UHGV virus genome: UHGV-0264118
Direction: 5' to 3' (one strand)
Length of the DNA: 16,029 nt
From: a virus
In this document: one piece after another, positions 7,320 to 15,888 of the stretch
Position numbering within the stretch: the stretch's first letter is position 1
Layout of the letters: every line of letters starts with the position of its first letter
Program-made: the position numbers and the translations under genes
The notes under the pieces: model-generated
What the model saw: the letters and a program-made list of their open reading frames with translations, nothing else
Databases searched by the model: none
Told to the model about the DNA's origin: nothing

Positions 7320-8017
7320 AAAACATCGCCGCACAGATGGTTAACTTTGACCGTGAGCAGATGCGTCGGATCGCCAACAACATGCCGGAACAGTACGACG
7401 AAAAGCCGCAGGTACAGCAGGTAGCGCAGATCATCAACGGTGTGTTCAGCCAGTTACTGGCAACTTTCCCGGCGAGCCTGGCTAACCGTGACCAGAATGA
7501 ACTGAACGAAATCCGCCGCCAGTGGGTGCTGGCTTTTCGGGAAAACGGGATCACCACAATGGAACAGGTTAACGCTGGAATGCGCGTAGCCCGTCGGCAG
7601 AATCGACCATTCCTGCCATCACCCGGGCAGTTTGTCGCCTGGTGCCGGGAAGAAGCATCCGTTACCGCCGGGCTGCCAAACGCCAGCGAGCTGGTTGATA
7701 TGGTTTACGAGTATTGCCGGAAGCGCGGGCTGTATCCGGATGCAGAGTCTTATCCGTGGAAATCAAACGCGCACTACTGGCTGGTTACCAACCTGTATCA
7801 GAACATGCGGGCCAATGCGTTGACTGACGCGGAATTACGGCGCAAGGCTGCCGATGAACTGTCCTGTATGACCGCACGAATTAACCGTGGTGAGGCTATA
7901 CCTGAACCAGTAAAACAACTTCCTGTCATGGGCGGTAGACCTCTAAATCGTGCACAGGCTCTGGCGAAGATCGCAGAAATCAAAGCTAAGTTTGGGCTGA
8001 AAGGAGCAAGGGTATGA
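7316..8017 (+). CDS. P: Replication protein P (DnaB helicase loader)
   Basis: 233-aa translation MKNIAAQMVNFDREQMRRIANNMPEQYDEKPQVQQVAQIINGVFSQLLATFPASLANRDQNEL... is near-identical to lambda P. Start overlaps the O stop (ATGA). Confidence 0.95.
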   Translation: MKNIAAQMVNFDREQMRRIANNMPEQYDEKPQVQQVAQIINGVFSQLLATFPASLANRDQNELNEIRRQWVLAFRENGITTMEQVNAGMRVARRQNRPFLPSPGQFVAWCREEASVTAGLPNASELVDMVYEYCRKRGLYPDAESYPWKSNAHYWLVTNLYQNMRANALTDAELRRKAADELSCMTARINRGEAIPEPVKQLPVMGGRPLNRAQALAKIAEIKAKFGLKGARV

Positions 8018-8316
8018 CGGGCAAAGAGGCAATTATTCATTACCTGGGGACTCATAAGAAATTCTGTGCGCAGGACGTTGCCGCGGTAACAGGCGCAACG
8101 GTAACCAGCATAAATCAGGCTGCGGCTAAAATGGCACGGGCAGGTCTTCTGGCTATCGAAGGTAAGGTCTGGCGAACGGTGTATTACCGGTTTGCTACCA
8201 GAGAAGAACGGGAAGGAAAGGTGAGCACGAATCTGATTTTTAAGGAGTGTCGCCAGAGTGCCGCGATGAAACGGGTATTGAGGGTATATAAAAGAACATC
8301 AATGGGTACACAATGA
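8014..8316 (+). CDS. ren: Ren protein
   Basis: 100-aa translation MTGKEAIIHYLGTHKKFCAQDVAAVTGATVTSINQAAAKMARAGLLAIEGKVWRTVYYRFATREEREGK... matches lambda Ren. Start overlaps the P stop. Confidence 0.85.
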   Translation: MTGKEAIIHYLGTHKKFCAQDVAAVTGATVTSINQAAAKMARAGLLAIEGKVWRTVYYRFATREEREGKVSTNLIFKECRQSAAMKRVLRVYKRTSMGTQ

Positions 8317-8383
8317 TGAAACAGGTGAGTTGAGTTCAAACTGTAGTACAATTCTCTCCAGTTTGAACAGGAAAGAATATTCT

Positions 8384-8716
8384 ATGAACCCTTATATTTA
8401 TCTTGGTGGTGCAATACTTGCAGAGGTCATTGGTACAACCTTAATGAAGTTTTCAGAAGGTTTTACACGGTTATGGCCATCTGTTGGTACAATTATTTGT
8501 TATTGTGCATCATTCTGGTTATTAGCTCAGACGCTGGCTTATATTCCTACAGGGATTGCTTATGCTATCTGGTCAGGAGTCGGTATTGTCCTGATTAGCT
8601 TACTGTCATGGGGACTTTTCGGCCAACGGCTGGACCTGCCAGCCATTATAGGCATGATGTTGATTTGTGCCGGTGTGTTGGTTATTAATTTATTGTCACG
8701 AAGCACACCACATTAA
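8384..8716 (+). CDS. emrE: SMR-family multidrug efflux transporter EmrE
   Basis: 110-aa translation from the ATG at 8384 (MNPYIYLGGAILAEVIGTTLMKFSEGFTRLWPSVGTIICYCASFWLLAQTLAYIPTGIAYAIWSGVGIVLISLLSWG...) matches E. coli EmrE with its four transmembrane helices. The predicted ORF starts earlier at 8330. Confidence 0.95.
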   Translation: MNPYIYLGGAILAEVIGTTLMKFSEGFTRLWPSVGTIICYCASFWLLAQTLAYIPTGIAYAIWSGVGIVLISLLSWGLFGQRLDLPAIIGMMLICAGVLVINLLSRSTPH

Positions 8717-8747
8717 AAATAATTTGTTTCTAAACGACTAAAATATG

Positions 8748-8780
8748 GAGGCTCTTATATTTATATGAGCCTCGTTTTAT
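8748..8780 (+). terminator. Rho-independent terminator downstream of emrE
   Basis: Perfect 7-bp stem GAGGCTC (8748-8754) / GAGCCTC (8767-8773) with a 12-nt loop, followed by GTTTTATGCTTTTT. Confidence 0.6.
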
Positions 8781-8972
8781 GCTTTTTGTTAATGTCTTTA
8801 TTTTTTTATGTATTCTTTTGTGCTTTCAAGATTATGGCGTAAGAAAATTGCAATACGATTATTGTTGTATATTCAAGATAATGTGACCTTAATTGTCTTT
8901 TTAAATAAAAATTAAACAAAAATTATATCCCACCACTAAGGTTTATAAAAGCATACGTTAGCAGGTGTCACC

Positions 8973-10499
8973 ATGAAAAAAGCCATAGCATATATGCGAT
9001 TTTCATCACCAGGTCAGATGTCTGGCGACTCATTAAACCGACAGAGAAGACTTATTGCTGAATGGTTAAAGGTAAATAGTGATTATTATCTTGATACCAT
9101 AACATATGAAGATTTAGGATTAAGTGCATTCAAAGGAAAGCATGCACAATCAGGAGCTTTTTCGGAATTTTTAGATGCTATAGAGCATGGTTATATATTG
9201 CCAGGAACTACATTGTTAGTTGAAAGTCTGGACAGACTTTCAAGAGAAAAAGTCGGTGAAGCGATTGAACGTCTGAAATTGATTTTGAATCACGGTATTG
9301 ATGTTATAACTCTTTGCGACAATACAGTCTATAATATTGACTCTTTGAATGAGCCATATTCATTAATAAAAGCCATACTTATAGCACAAAGGGCAAATGA
9401 AGAAAGCGAGATAAAGTCAAGTCGGGTTAAATTATCATGGAAGAAAAAACGGCAGGATGCACTGGAATCAGGTACGATTATGACGGCGTCTTGTCCGAGA
9501 TGGCTCTCCTTAGATGACAAAAGAACGGCTTTTGTTCCAGACCCCGACAGGGTGAAAACTATTGAGCTAATTTTTAAACTCAGGATGGAAAGGCGCTCAT
9601 TGAATGCAATAGCCAAGTATTTAAATGATCATGCTGTAAAGAATTTCTCAGGAAAAGAAAGTGCATGGGGACCTTCTGTAATTGAAAAATTATTAGCGAA
9701 TAAAGCTCTGATAGGTATATGCGTACCTTCATATCGTGCAAGAGGTAAAGGAATAAGTGAAATCGCTGGCTATTATCCCAGAGTCATATCAGATGATTTG
9801 TTTTACGCTGTACAGGAAATTCGGTTGGCACCTTTTGGTATTAGCAATAGTAGCAAAAATCCTATGTTGATAAATCTACTTCGAACAGTTATGAAGTGCG
9901 AGGCTTGTGGTAATACCATGATTGTTCATGCGGTATCTGGAAGTTTGCATGGCTATTATGTTTGTCCGATGAGAAGACTGCATCGATGTGACAGGCCATC
10001 AATAAAGAGAGATTTGGTTGATTATAATATCATTAATGAGTTGCTTTTTAATTGTAGTAAAATCCAACCAGTTGAAAACAAGAAAGATGCTAATGAAACT
10101 TTAGAGTTGAAAATTATTGAGCTCCAGATGAAAATTAATAATTTAATTGCTGCATTATCTGTTGCGCCTGAAGTTACCGCTATAGCAGAAAAAATCAGAG
10201 TATTAGATAAGGAATTACGAAGGGCTTCTGTATCATTAAAAACTTTGAAGAGTAAAGCGGTGAGTTCACTTGGTGATTTTCATGCTATTGACTTAACCAG
10301 TAAAAATGGGCGAGAGCTATGTCGTACACTTGCCTATAAAACATTCGAAAAAATCATAATCAATACAGATAATAAAACCTGTGATATCTATTTTATGAAT
10401 GGCATTGTTTTTAAACACTATCCTTTAATGAAAACAATATCCGCCCAGCAGGCGATAAGTACTCTCAAATATATGGTTGATGGTGAGGTTTATTTTTGA
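8973..10499 (+). CDS. ybcK: Large serine recombinase (YbcK-like)
   Basis: 508 aa. N-terminal resolvase-type catalytic motif AIAYMRFSSPGQ (Y-x-R-x-S nucleophile). C-terminal Cys cluster (CEACGN...CPMRRLHRCD) and a coiled-coil segment typical of large serine recombinases. AGGTG Shine-Dalgarno upstream. Markedly AT-rich gene. Confidence 0.85.
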   Translation: MKKAIAYMRFSSPGQMSGDSLNRQRRLIAEWLKVNSDYYLDTITYEDLGLSAFKGKHAQSGAFSEFLDAIEHGYILPGTTLLVESLDRLSREKVGEAIERLKLILNHGIDVITLCDNTVYNIDSLNEPYSLIKAILIAQRANEESEIKSSRVKLSWKKKRQDALESGTIMTASCPRWLSLDDKRTAFVPDPDRVKTIELIFKLRMERRSLNAIAKYLNDHAVKNFSGKESAWGPSVIEKLLANKALIGICVPSYRARGKGISEIAGYYPRVISDDLFYAVQEIRLAPFGISNSSKNPMLINLLRTVMKCEACGNTMIVHAVSGSLHGYYVCPMRRLHRCDRPSIKRDLVDYNIINELLFNCSKIQPVENKKDANETLELKIIELQMKINNLIAALSVAPEVTAIAEKIRVLDKELRRASVSLKTLKSKAVSSLGDFHAIDLTSKNGRELCRTLAYKTFEKIIINTDNKTCDIYFMNGIVFKHYPLMKTISAQQAISTLKYMVDGEVYF

Positions 10500-10610
10500 G
10501 TAATAATCACTTTTTCAACCGTGCTATAGTAAGAAAGTTAGGTAAGTACAATAAAATTATCTATCCTGAACGAAGCGTCCTGAGCTATGGTTTTACTATA
10601 GAGACTGCCA

Positions 10611-10934
10611 ATGGATGCTGGCGTTCTCGTTCTAGCAGTTCAACAATACCCAATCACAAAACAATTCACTGATAACGAACTTTGCACACTCGCCTGGTTA
10701 TGGCGAGCAGGGAATGTGATGTTAATTACCTACCAGAACGTTACTCCTCTTCTTCAGGTTGCGGAGCATCGTGAAGCTGGTCGCTTCACTTCTATCGAGC
10801 AAGAATATCCCCAGATACTCAATAAGGCACAGGCAATCCTTGCCAGAGAAACGGCACATGTAAAATTCCGGCCGTGGCAGGATGATAAGTGGAGTCGAGT
10901 TTTGCCGCATTTACGTTCGGATCGATTACAGTAG
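10611..10934 (+). CDS. Hypothetical protein (107 aa), coding status uncertain
   Basis: ORF with a weak ribosome-binding site. No recognisable family. Flanked upstream by a 9-bp inverted repeat. Confidence 0.3.
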   Translation: MDAGVLVLAVQQYPITKQFTDNELCTLAWLWRAGNVMLITYQNVTPLLQVAEHREAGRFTSIEQEYPQILNKAQAILARETAHVKFRPWQDDKWSRVLPHLRSDRLQ

Positions 10935-11395
10935 ATTCCAATTAACAATGAGAAACACATAGCCACCCCGTGGTATTGAAACCATATAATGTTGGATTTG
11001 AAAACAGATCTTTTTCCATGTATTAATAACTACATCCCCGCGAGTGATTCAAAAAGGAGGGCCCAATTTTGTCCGAGTTTTTGTATTCCCCCGCATGCCG
11101 CTGCGGAGCACTACATCTGAGTGTCTGACTAGGGGATAAAATTAGACTGGATAGTGAGAAGAAAGTGGCGTGCTAGGCTGTGCCGAGTGCTACCAGTACA
11201 CCCTGGGGGTGTGCAGCTTTCGCCGAGACTGTAGTGGGTATCGGTTAATGCACGAAAAACCGAGAGGTCAGACAACCAATTTGCCGTAGGATTGTTTCCG
11301 GTGCGATACCGGTGTACTAACTGAAAGCAATGCGAAAAAGCATAAACTCGGTCCTTCAGTCGCCCTACACACTATTTACTAAGAAGGGCTAAAGC

Positions 11396-11752
11396 ATGGA
11401 TACAATTATCACATGGATGGGAGATCGTCTGTTGGGGTGGATAACAAACAAATCCGATCTGCGGCAGAGGGCAATCACTGGATTAACTCCTGCGATTTAT
11501 TCAACAATTTTATATACTGAAAAATTAAAACGTGGTGAGCCTAATAACCCAAACGAAGAAGAAAAACTTTATAGGCTTTGGTATGAAGCGTCTTCCCAAG
11601 TCGTAGACTTTGATCGAGAGCTGGCTAAAAGATGTTTAGATAAATCAGAATATTGGCTTCATTCTGAATTATATAGCCCTGAGAAAGTTGGAGAGCTAAA
11701 CATTTCTTTGGTTGGTATGAAGGCAACGCTTGAAGGAATAAAGCACAATTAA
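11396..11752 (+). CDS. Hypothetical protein (118 aa)
   Basis: AT-rich ORF (MDTIITWMGDRLLGWITNKSDLRQRAITGL...) with an AAGGG Shine-Dalgarno about 9 nt upstream. No recognised family. Preceded by a ~430 bp non-coding GC-richer region. Confidence 0.45.
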   Translation: MDTIITWMGDRLLGWITNKSDLRQRAITGLTPAIYSTILYTEKLKRGEPNNPNEEEKLYRLWYEASSQVVDFDRELAKRCLDKSEYWLHSELYSPEKVGELNISLVGMKATLEGIKHN

Positions 11753-11841
11753 AACCTTTGATTTGCGATAATCAACTCGCCATAATCATGTCATCGGAGC
11801 CTGAACAACTCCGGTGACTTCTGCGCTAAACGGGGACGTTT

Positions 11842-11943
11842 ATGCGCACACACAATCCAAACTCTCTTCTCCCTCCACAGATGCAGAAATGCACCTGCGA
11901 TATATTGTATCCAGCGTTTGACCTCTGCGGAGGTGAAGCGTGA
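11842..11943 (+). CDS. ylcH: Small protein YlcH-like (33 aa)
   Basis: Translation [33 protein letters not shown]. Its stop overlaps the GTG start of ybcN (GTGA). Below the 60-aa cutoff of the ORF track, found by manual translation. Confidence 0.5.
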   Translation: MRTHNPNSLLPPQMQKCTCDILYPAFDLCGGEA

Positions 11944-12395
11944 ATCTCCCACAAGATGGCATCAAATTACATCGCGGTAACTTCACCGCTATCGGTCGGC
12001 AGATCCAGCCTTATCTGGAGGAGGGCAAATGCTTTCGCATGGTGCTTAAACCGTGGCGTGAGAAACGCAGTCTTTCCCAGAATGCACTCAGCCACATGTG
12101 GTACAGCGAAATCAGTGAATACCTCATCAGCAGGGGTAAAACGTTCGCTACTCCAGCTTGGGTAAAAGATGCTCTCAAACACACATATCTCGGTTATGAA
12201 ACCAAAGACCTGGTTGATGTCGTAACCGGTGATATCACCACTATCCAGTCGTTACGCCATACCTCCGATCTTGATACCGGAGAGATGTATGTCTTCCTGT
12301 GTAAGGTTGAAGCCTGGGCGGTGAATATTGGCTGCCACCTGACTATTCCGCAGAGCTGCGAGTTCCAGCTGCTCCGCGACAAGCAGGAGGCGTAA
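11940..12395 (+). CDS. ybcN: NinB/Orf-family recombination protein (YbcN-like)
   Basis: 151 aa from a GTG start with a GGAGGTG Shine-Dalgarno 5 nt upstream. Motif [19 protein letters not shown] parallels lambda NinB RSLDQNRKLW. Confidence 0.8.
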   Translation: MNLPQDGIKLHRGNFTAIGRQIQPYLEEGKCFRMVLKPWREKRSLSQNALSHMWYSEISEYLISRGKTFATPAWVKDALKHTYLGYETKDLVDVVTGDITTIQSLRHTSDLDTGEMYVFLCKVEAWAVNIGCHLTIPQSCEFQLLRDKQEA

Positions 12396-12565
12396 TGGCT
12401 ACACCGCTTATTCGTGTCATGAACGGACACATCTACAGAGTACCAGATCGTCGTAAGCGTAAACCGGAGCTGAAGCCTTCCGAAATACCAACACTGCTCG
12501 GATATACCGCCAGCCTGGTTGATAAAAAATGGTTGCGATTGGCAGCAAGGAGGAATCATGGCTGA
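12395..12565 (+). CDS. ninE: NinE-like small protein (56 aa)
   Basis: Manual translation [56 protein letters not shown]. Start overlaps the ybcN stop (TAATG). The 3' end overlaps the ybcO start. Confidence 0.7.
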   Translation: MATPLIRVMNGHIYRVPDRRKRKPELKPSEIPTLLGYTASLVDKKWLRLAARRNHG

Positions 12566-12848
12566 TTTGAGAAAAGCAGCGCGTAGTCGGGAATGCCAGG
12601 TAAGAATCCCTGGCGTATGTAATGGCAACCCTGAAACGTCTGTACTGGCACATATCCGGCTGACTGGATTGTGCGGCACCGGTACCAAACCGCCAGACCT
12701 GATTGCCACCATTGCATGTTCTGCCTGCCACGACGAAATCGACCGCCGCACACATTTTGTCGATGCTGCATATGCAAAAGAATGCGCGCTGGAAGGTATG
12801 GCGAGAACACAGGTTATCTGGCTGAAAGAGGGGGTTATTAAGGCGTGA
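12558..12848 (+). CDS. ybcO: YbcO-like Cys-rich putative nuclease (96 aa)
   Basis: From the ATG at 12558 ([64 protein letters not shown]...). The predicted ORF starts upstream at 12519 inside ninE. Confidence 0.8.
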   Translation: MADLRKAARSRECQVRIPGVCNGNPETSVLAHIRLTGLCGTGTKPPDLIATIACSACHDEIDRRTHFVDAAYAKECALEGMARTQVIWLKEGVIKA

Positions 12849-13207
12849 ATACCTACAGCATCACATTACCCTGGCCTCCGAGCAATAATCGCTATTACCG
12901 CCATAATCGCGGGCGCACGCACGTCAGCGCAGAGGGGCAGGCATACCGCGATAACGTCGCCCGAATCATTAAAAACGCAATGCTGGATATCGGCCTGGCT
13001 ATGCCTGTGAAAATCCGCATTGAGTGCCACATGCCGGATCGCCGTCGCCGTGACCTGGATAATCTGCAAAAAGCCGCTTTTGACGCACTCACTAAAGCAG
13101 GTTTCTGGCTGGATGATGCTCAGGTCGTTGATTACCGCGTTGTGAAGATGCCTGTTACCAAAGGTGGGAGGCTGGAACTGACCATCACCGAAATGGGGAA
13201 TGAATGA
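12845..13207 (+). CDS. rusA: Holliday-junction resolvase RusA
   Basis: 120-aa translation [104 protein letters not shown]... matches E. coli RusA. Confidence 0.95.
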   Translation: MNTYSITLPWPPSNNRYYRHNRGRTHVSAEGQAYRDNVARIIKNAMLDIGLAMPVKIRIECHMPDRRRRDLDNLQKAAFDALTKAGFWLDDAQVVDYRVVKMPVTKGGRLELTITEMGNE

Positions 13208-13344
13208 TGTTTGAGTTTTATATGGCAGAACGTCTTCGCCACCGCTGGGGGCGTCTGCGCTTATATCGTTTCCCCGGTTCTGTTTTGACCGATTACCGAA
13301 TACTGAAGAATTACGCCAAAACCCTGACAGGAGCAGGAGTATGA
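13204..13344 (+). CDS. ylcG: YlcG-like small protein (46 aa)
   Basis: Manual translation [46 protein letters not shown]. Start overlaps the rusA stop (ATGA). Confidence 0.55.
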   Translation: MMFEFYMAERLRHRWGRLRLYRFPGSVLTDYRILKNYAKTLTGAGV

Positions 13345-13429
13345 AGTCAGAGATAACAATCAACTAATACTGTTTCGTTGATTTTTGCTTGTAATTGGCG
13401 TTCTGGTCTGATTTTTGTGGAGTAAGTTG

Positions 13430-13813
13430 ATGCGTGATATTCAGATGGTTCTTGAGCGTTGGGGAGCGTGGGCGGCTAATAATCATGAAGATGTGACCTG
13501 GTCGTCCATTGCCGCCGGTTTTAAGGGATTAATTACTTCAAAAGTAAAATCTCGCCCGCAATGTTGTGACGATGACGCGATGATCATTTGCGGGTGCATG
13601 GCCCGTCTGAAAAAGAACAACAGCGATTTGCACGATTTATTAGTAGATTATTATGTAGTCGGTATGACATTCATGTCACTGGCAGGTAAGCATTGCTGCT
13701 CTGATGGTTATATCGGGAAAAGGTTACAGAAGGCTGAGGGCATAATTGAAGGGGTGTTAATGGCATTAGATATCCGGTTAGAGATGGATATCGTTGTTAA
13801 TAACTCTAATTAA
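13430..13813 (+). CDS. quuD: Late-gene antiterminator Q, phage 82 type (QuuD-like)
   Basis: 127 aa from the ATG at 13430 ([34 protein letters not shown]...[16 protein letters not shown]...). GGAGTAAG Shine-Dalgarno upstream. The predicted TTG start at 13415 is less likely. Confidence 0.85.
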   Translation: MRDIQMVLERWGAWAANNHEDVTWSSIAAGFKGLITSKVKSRPQCCDDDAMIICGCMARLKKNNSDLHDLLVDYYVVGMTFMSLAGKHCCSDGYIGKRLQKAEGIIEGVLMALDIRLEMDIVVNNSN

Positions 13814-13846
13814 TACGCCAATTATTTACTAAAAGTTATTAAAAAT

Positions 13847-13865
13847 GGGGCGTTGAAACGCCCCC
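13847..13865 (-). terminator. GC hairpin with a flanking T-tract on the minus strand (candidate nmpC terminator or element of the late regulatory region)
   Basis: Stem GGGGCG (13847-13852) / CGCCCC (13859-13864) with loop TTGAAA. On the minus strand it is followed by ATTTTTAATAA. Confidence 0.4.
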
Positions 13866-13952
13866 AAAAATAAAGGGTAATATATAACAGAAGGTTTGTA
13901 TAGTTAGAAGCAAGGTTGTGCTTCTAAAGGAAGTGGCTTGAGGGAGCCACTT

Positions 13953-13990
13953 ATATGTTGGGGAGGCAAAGCCTCCCACAACATATCTTT
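13953..13990 (+). terminator. Candidate tR'-like intrinsic terminator downstream of Q
   Basis: Stem of about 11 bp, GTTGGGGAGGC (13957-13967) / GCCTCCCACAAC (13971-13982), loop AAA, followed by ATATCTTTT on the plus strand. Lies about 145-170 nt downstream of the Q stop. Confidence 0.45.
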
Positions 13991-14001
13991 TAGTAATCAA
14001 A

Positions 14002-15084
14002 TTAGAACTGGTAAACCATACCTACAGCAACGATATCATCGGTAGCAACGCCAGATGCTTTCGTGAAATCGCTCTTATCAATCAGGTTGATTTTGTAGTC
14101 AACAAAAGTGGACATATTTTTGTTGAAGTAATAGGTTGCACCTACATCAACATATTCAACCAGGTCCTGATCACCCCAAACACCCAAGTCTTTTCCTTTA
14201 GAATGCAGGTAAGCAACGGATGGACGCAGGCCGAAGTCGAACTGATATTGTGCAACAGCTTCGAAGTTTTGTGCTTTGTTGGCAATATGGTTATTACCAA
14301 AAACAGTCATGTTCTGGGTTTCAGAATAGGTGGTGGCCAGATAGATGTTGTTCGCATCATATTTCAGACCAGCTGCCCATACTTCAGCATTTTGACCAGA
14401 AGCATTCAGACCGTTGTTACCGTAGATAACCTGATTATTAGTGCGATCAGATTTAGCATAGGTTGCACCCACGCCGAATCCTTCATACTCATAAGTAGTT
14501 GAGAAACCGAAACCATCGCCATTAGCTTCAGTTACTTCATTTCGGTCATTTTTGCCCTGATACTGAGCTGCAAAGTTCAGGCCATCAACCAGACCAAAGA
14601 AGTCGTTGTTACGATAAGTTGCAACACCTGTGGTGCGACCAGTCATGAATACATCTGTTTGGGTCCAGGTATCGCCACCGAATTCTGGCAGAACGTCAGT
14701 CCACGCACCGATGTCGTATGCTACACCGTAGTTACGGCCGTAATCGATTGAGCCGTAGTCACCGAATTTCAGGCCTGCAAATGCAAGACGGGTTTTGTCT
14801 TTGGAGGAACCTTGAGATTCAGCGCGGTTGCCTTTGAATTCATATTCCCACTGACCGAAACCAGTCAGTTGATCGTTGATTTGGGTTTCACCTTTGAAGC
14901 CAAGACGGGCATAAGTAGTATCACCATCATCTGCATCATTAGAGGAGAAGTAGTGCTTAGCATTAACTTTCCCGTACAGATCCAGCTTGTTACTGTCTTT
15001 ATTATAAATTTCAGCTGCCTGAGCAGACATCGCCATCAGTACTGATGCAGCTACAGCAGAAATTGCCACTGTTAATTTTTTCAT
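14002..15084 (-). CDS. nmpC: Outer-membrane general porin (OmpC/OmpF family), NmpC-like
   Basis: 360 aa. Signal peptide [23 protein letters not shown]|AEIYNKD. Beta-barrel porin hallmarks and C-terminal ...VAVGMVYQF. Convergent with Q, between Q and the lysis genes. Confidence 0.9.
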   Translation of the reverse strand: MKKLTVAISAVAASVLMAMSAQAAEIYNKDSNKLDLYGKVNAKHYFSSNDADDGDTTYARLGFKGETQINDQLTGFGQWEYEFKGNRAESQGSSKDKTRLAFAGLKFGDYGSIDYGRNYGVAYDIGAWTDVLPEFGGDTWTQTDVFMTGRTTGVATYRNNDFFGLVDGLNFAAQYQGKNDRNEVTEANGDGFGFSTTYEYEGFGVGATYAKSDRTNNQVIYGNNGLNASGQNAEVWAAGLKYDANNIYLATTYSETQNMTVFGNNHIANKAQNFEAVAQYQFDFGLRPSVAYLHSKGKDLGVWGDQDLVEYVDVGATYYFNKNMSTFVDYKINLIDKSDFTKASGVATDDIVAVGMVYQF

Positions 15085-15672
15085 CGTGAGCCCTTTTTTT
15101 TGAACTATTATTAAAAAATGATGTCACTGCGCGATAAATATTCATCTAATCAATGTGATTATTTCAAGATGTAAGTTTTAGTTTCTCATTTAATTTGTGA
15201 AGTAGATCTCTATTTTTATCTGAACTTTTTCTATCGAAACCTATTTATGGCTCTTATTTGAACAAAAATAAACCTATTAGCTAATTTATATTAATGGCTG
15301 TTATTTATGGGGGTTCTATAATTCGGCAGTTTAATTTAAATCAACTAAAAATAACGTCTGAAATTATTTATTGGTTATTTGTTGAGGTTTTCTTATGTAT
15401 TTGTGGTGGAGTTTTGAACACTCGGTAGCATTCTCATAAATATCATTCAGTGGTTTACGTACGTAAAAAATTGGTTATGCTGTTAAGAGTGGTTACTTCG
15501 TCACACAGCTTAAACCCGCCGTCGAGCTGGTTTTTCCATTTTTTGAGTCTCGATATTAGCTGATAACTCAATACCTGAGTTATTCACTGACTCCGAGTCT
15601 GTTACGTTTCTGCTTTTTTGCGATACGTTGTATTCCCTCAATTTACACCCGCTTTGTCTGCGAGGTGGGGTT

Positions 15673-15888
15673 ATGAAATCCATGGATAAGTTAACAACGG
15701 GTATCGCCTATGGCACCTCAGCAGGTAGTGCCGGTTACTGGTTTTTACAGCTGCTCGATAAAGTCACGCCCTCACAGTGGGCAGCAATAGGTGTGCTGGG
15801 TAGCCTGGTATTTGGCCTGCTGACGTACCTGACAAACCTTTATTTCAAGATTAAAGAAGATAAGCGCAAGGCTGCGAGAGGTGAATAA
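15673..15888 (+). CDS. essD: Class II holin, phage 21 S-type (EssD-like), dual-start
   Basis: 71 aa from the ATG at 15673 ([71 protein letters not shown]). MKSM dual-start motif. GAGGTGGGG Shine-Dalgarno upstream. Confidence 0.9.

Noticed and set aside
6724-8055. Minus-strand ORFs 6724..7050, 6968..7291, 7228..7557, 7798..8055 and plus-strand ORF 7632..7823
   Set aside because: They lie inside the O and P genes, which match lambda proteins over their full length. Antisense or out-of-frame artefacts.
10967-11752. Retron (msr/msd plus reverse transcriptase) as an explanation for the structured non-coding region
   Set aside because: The only adjacent ORF is 118 aa, far too small for a reverse transcriptase, and no RT motifs are visible. 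Left as an unassigned candidate ncRNA.
12194-13363. Long minus-strand ORFs (185, 112, 84, 165, 65 aa) across ybcN-ninE-ybcO-rusA
   Set aside because: They are antisense to a densely packed, well-supported plus-strand gene chain. GC-rich DNA gives long open frames by chance.
14069-14076. boxA-like octamer CGCTCTTA on the plus strand
   Set aside because: A single 8-mer match inside the nmpC coding region with no adjacent boxB hairpin, and no N gene in the window. Probably chance.
14203-15045. Plus-strand ORFs inside nmpC (14203..14502, 14220..14429, 14812..15045)
   Set aside because: Antisense to the full-length porin gene. No independent support.
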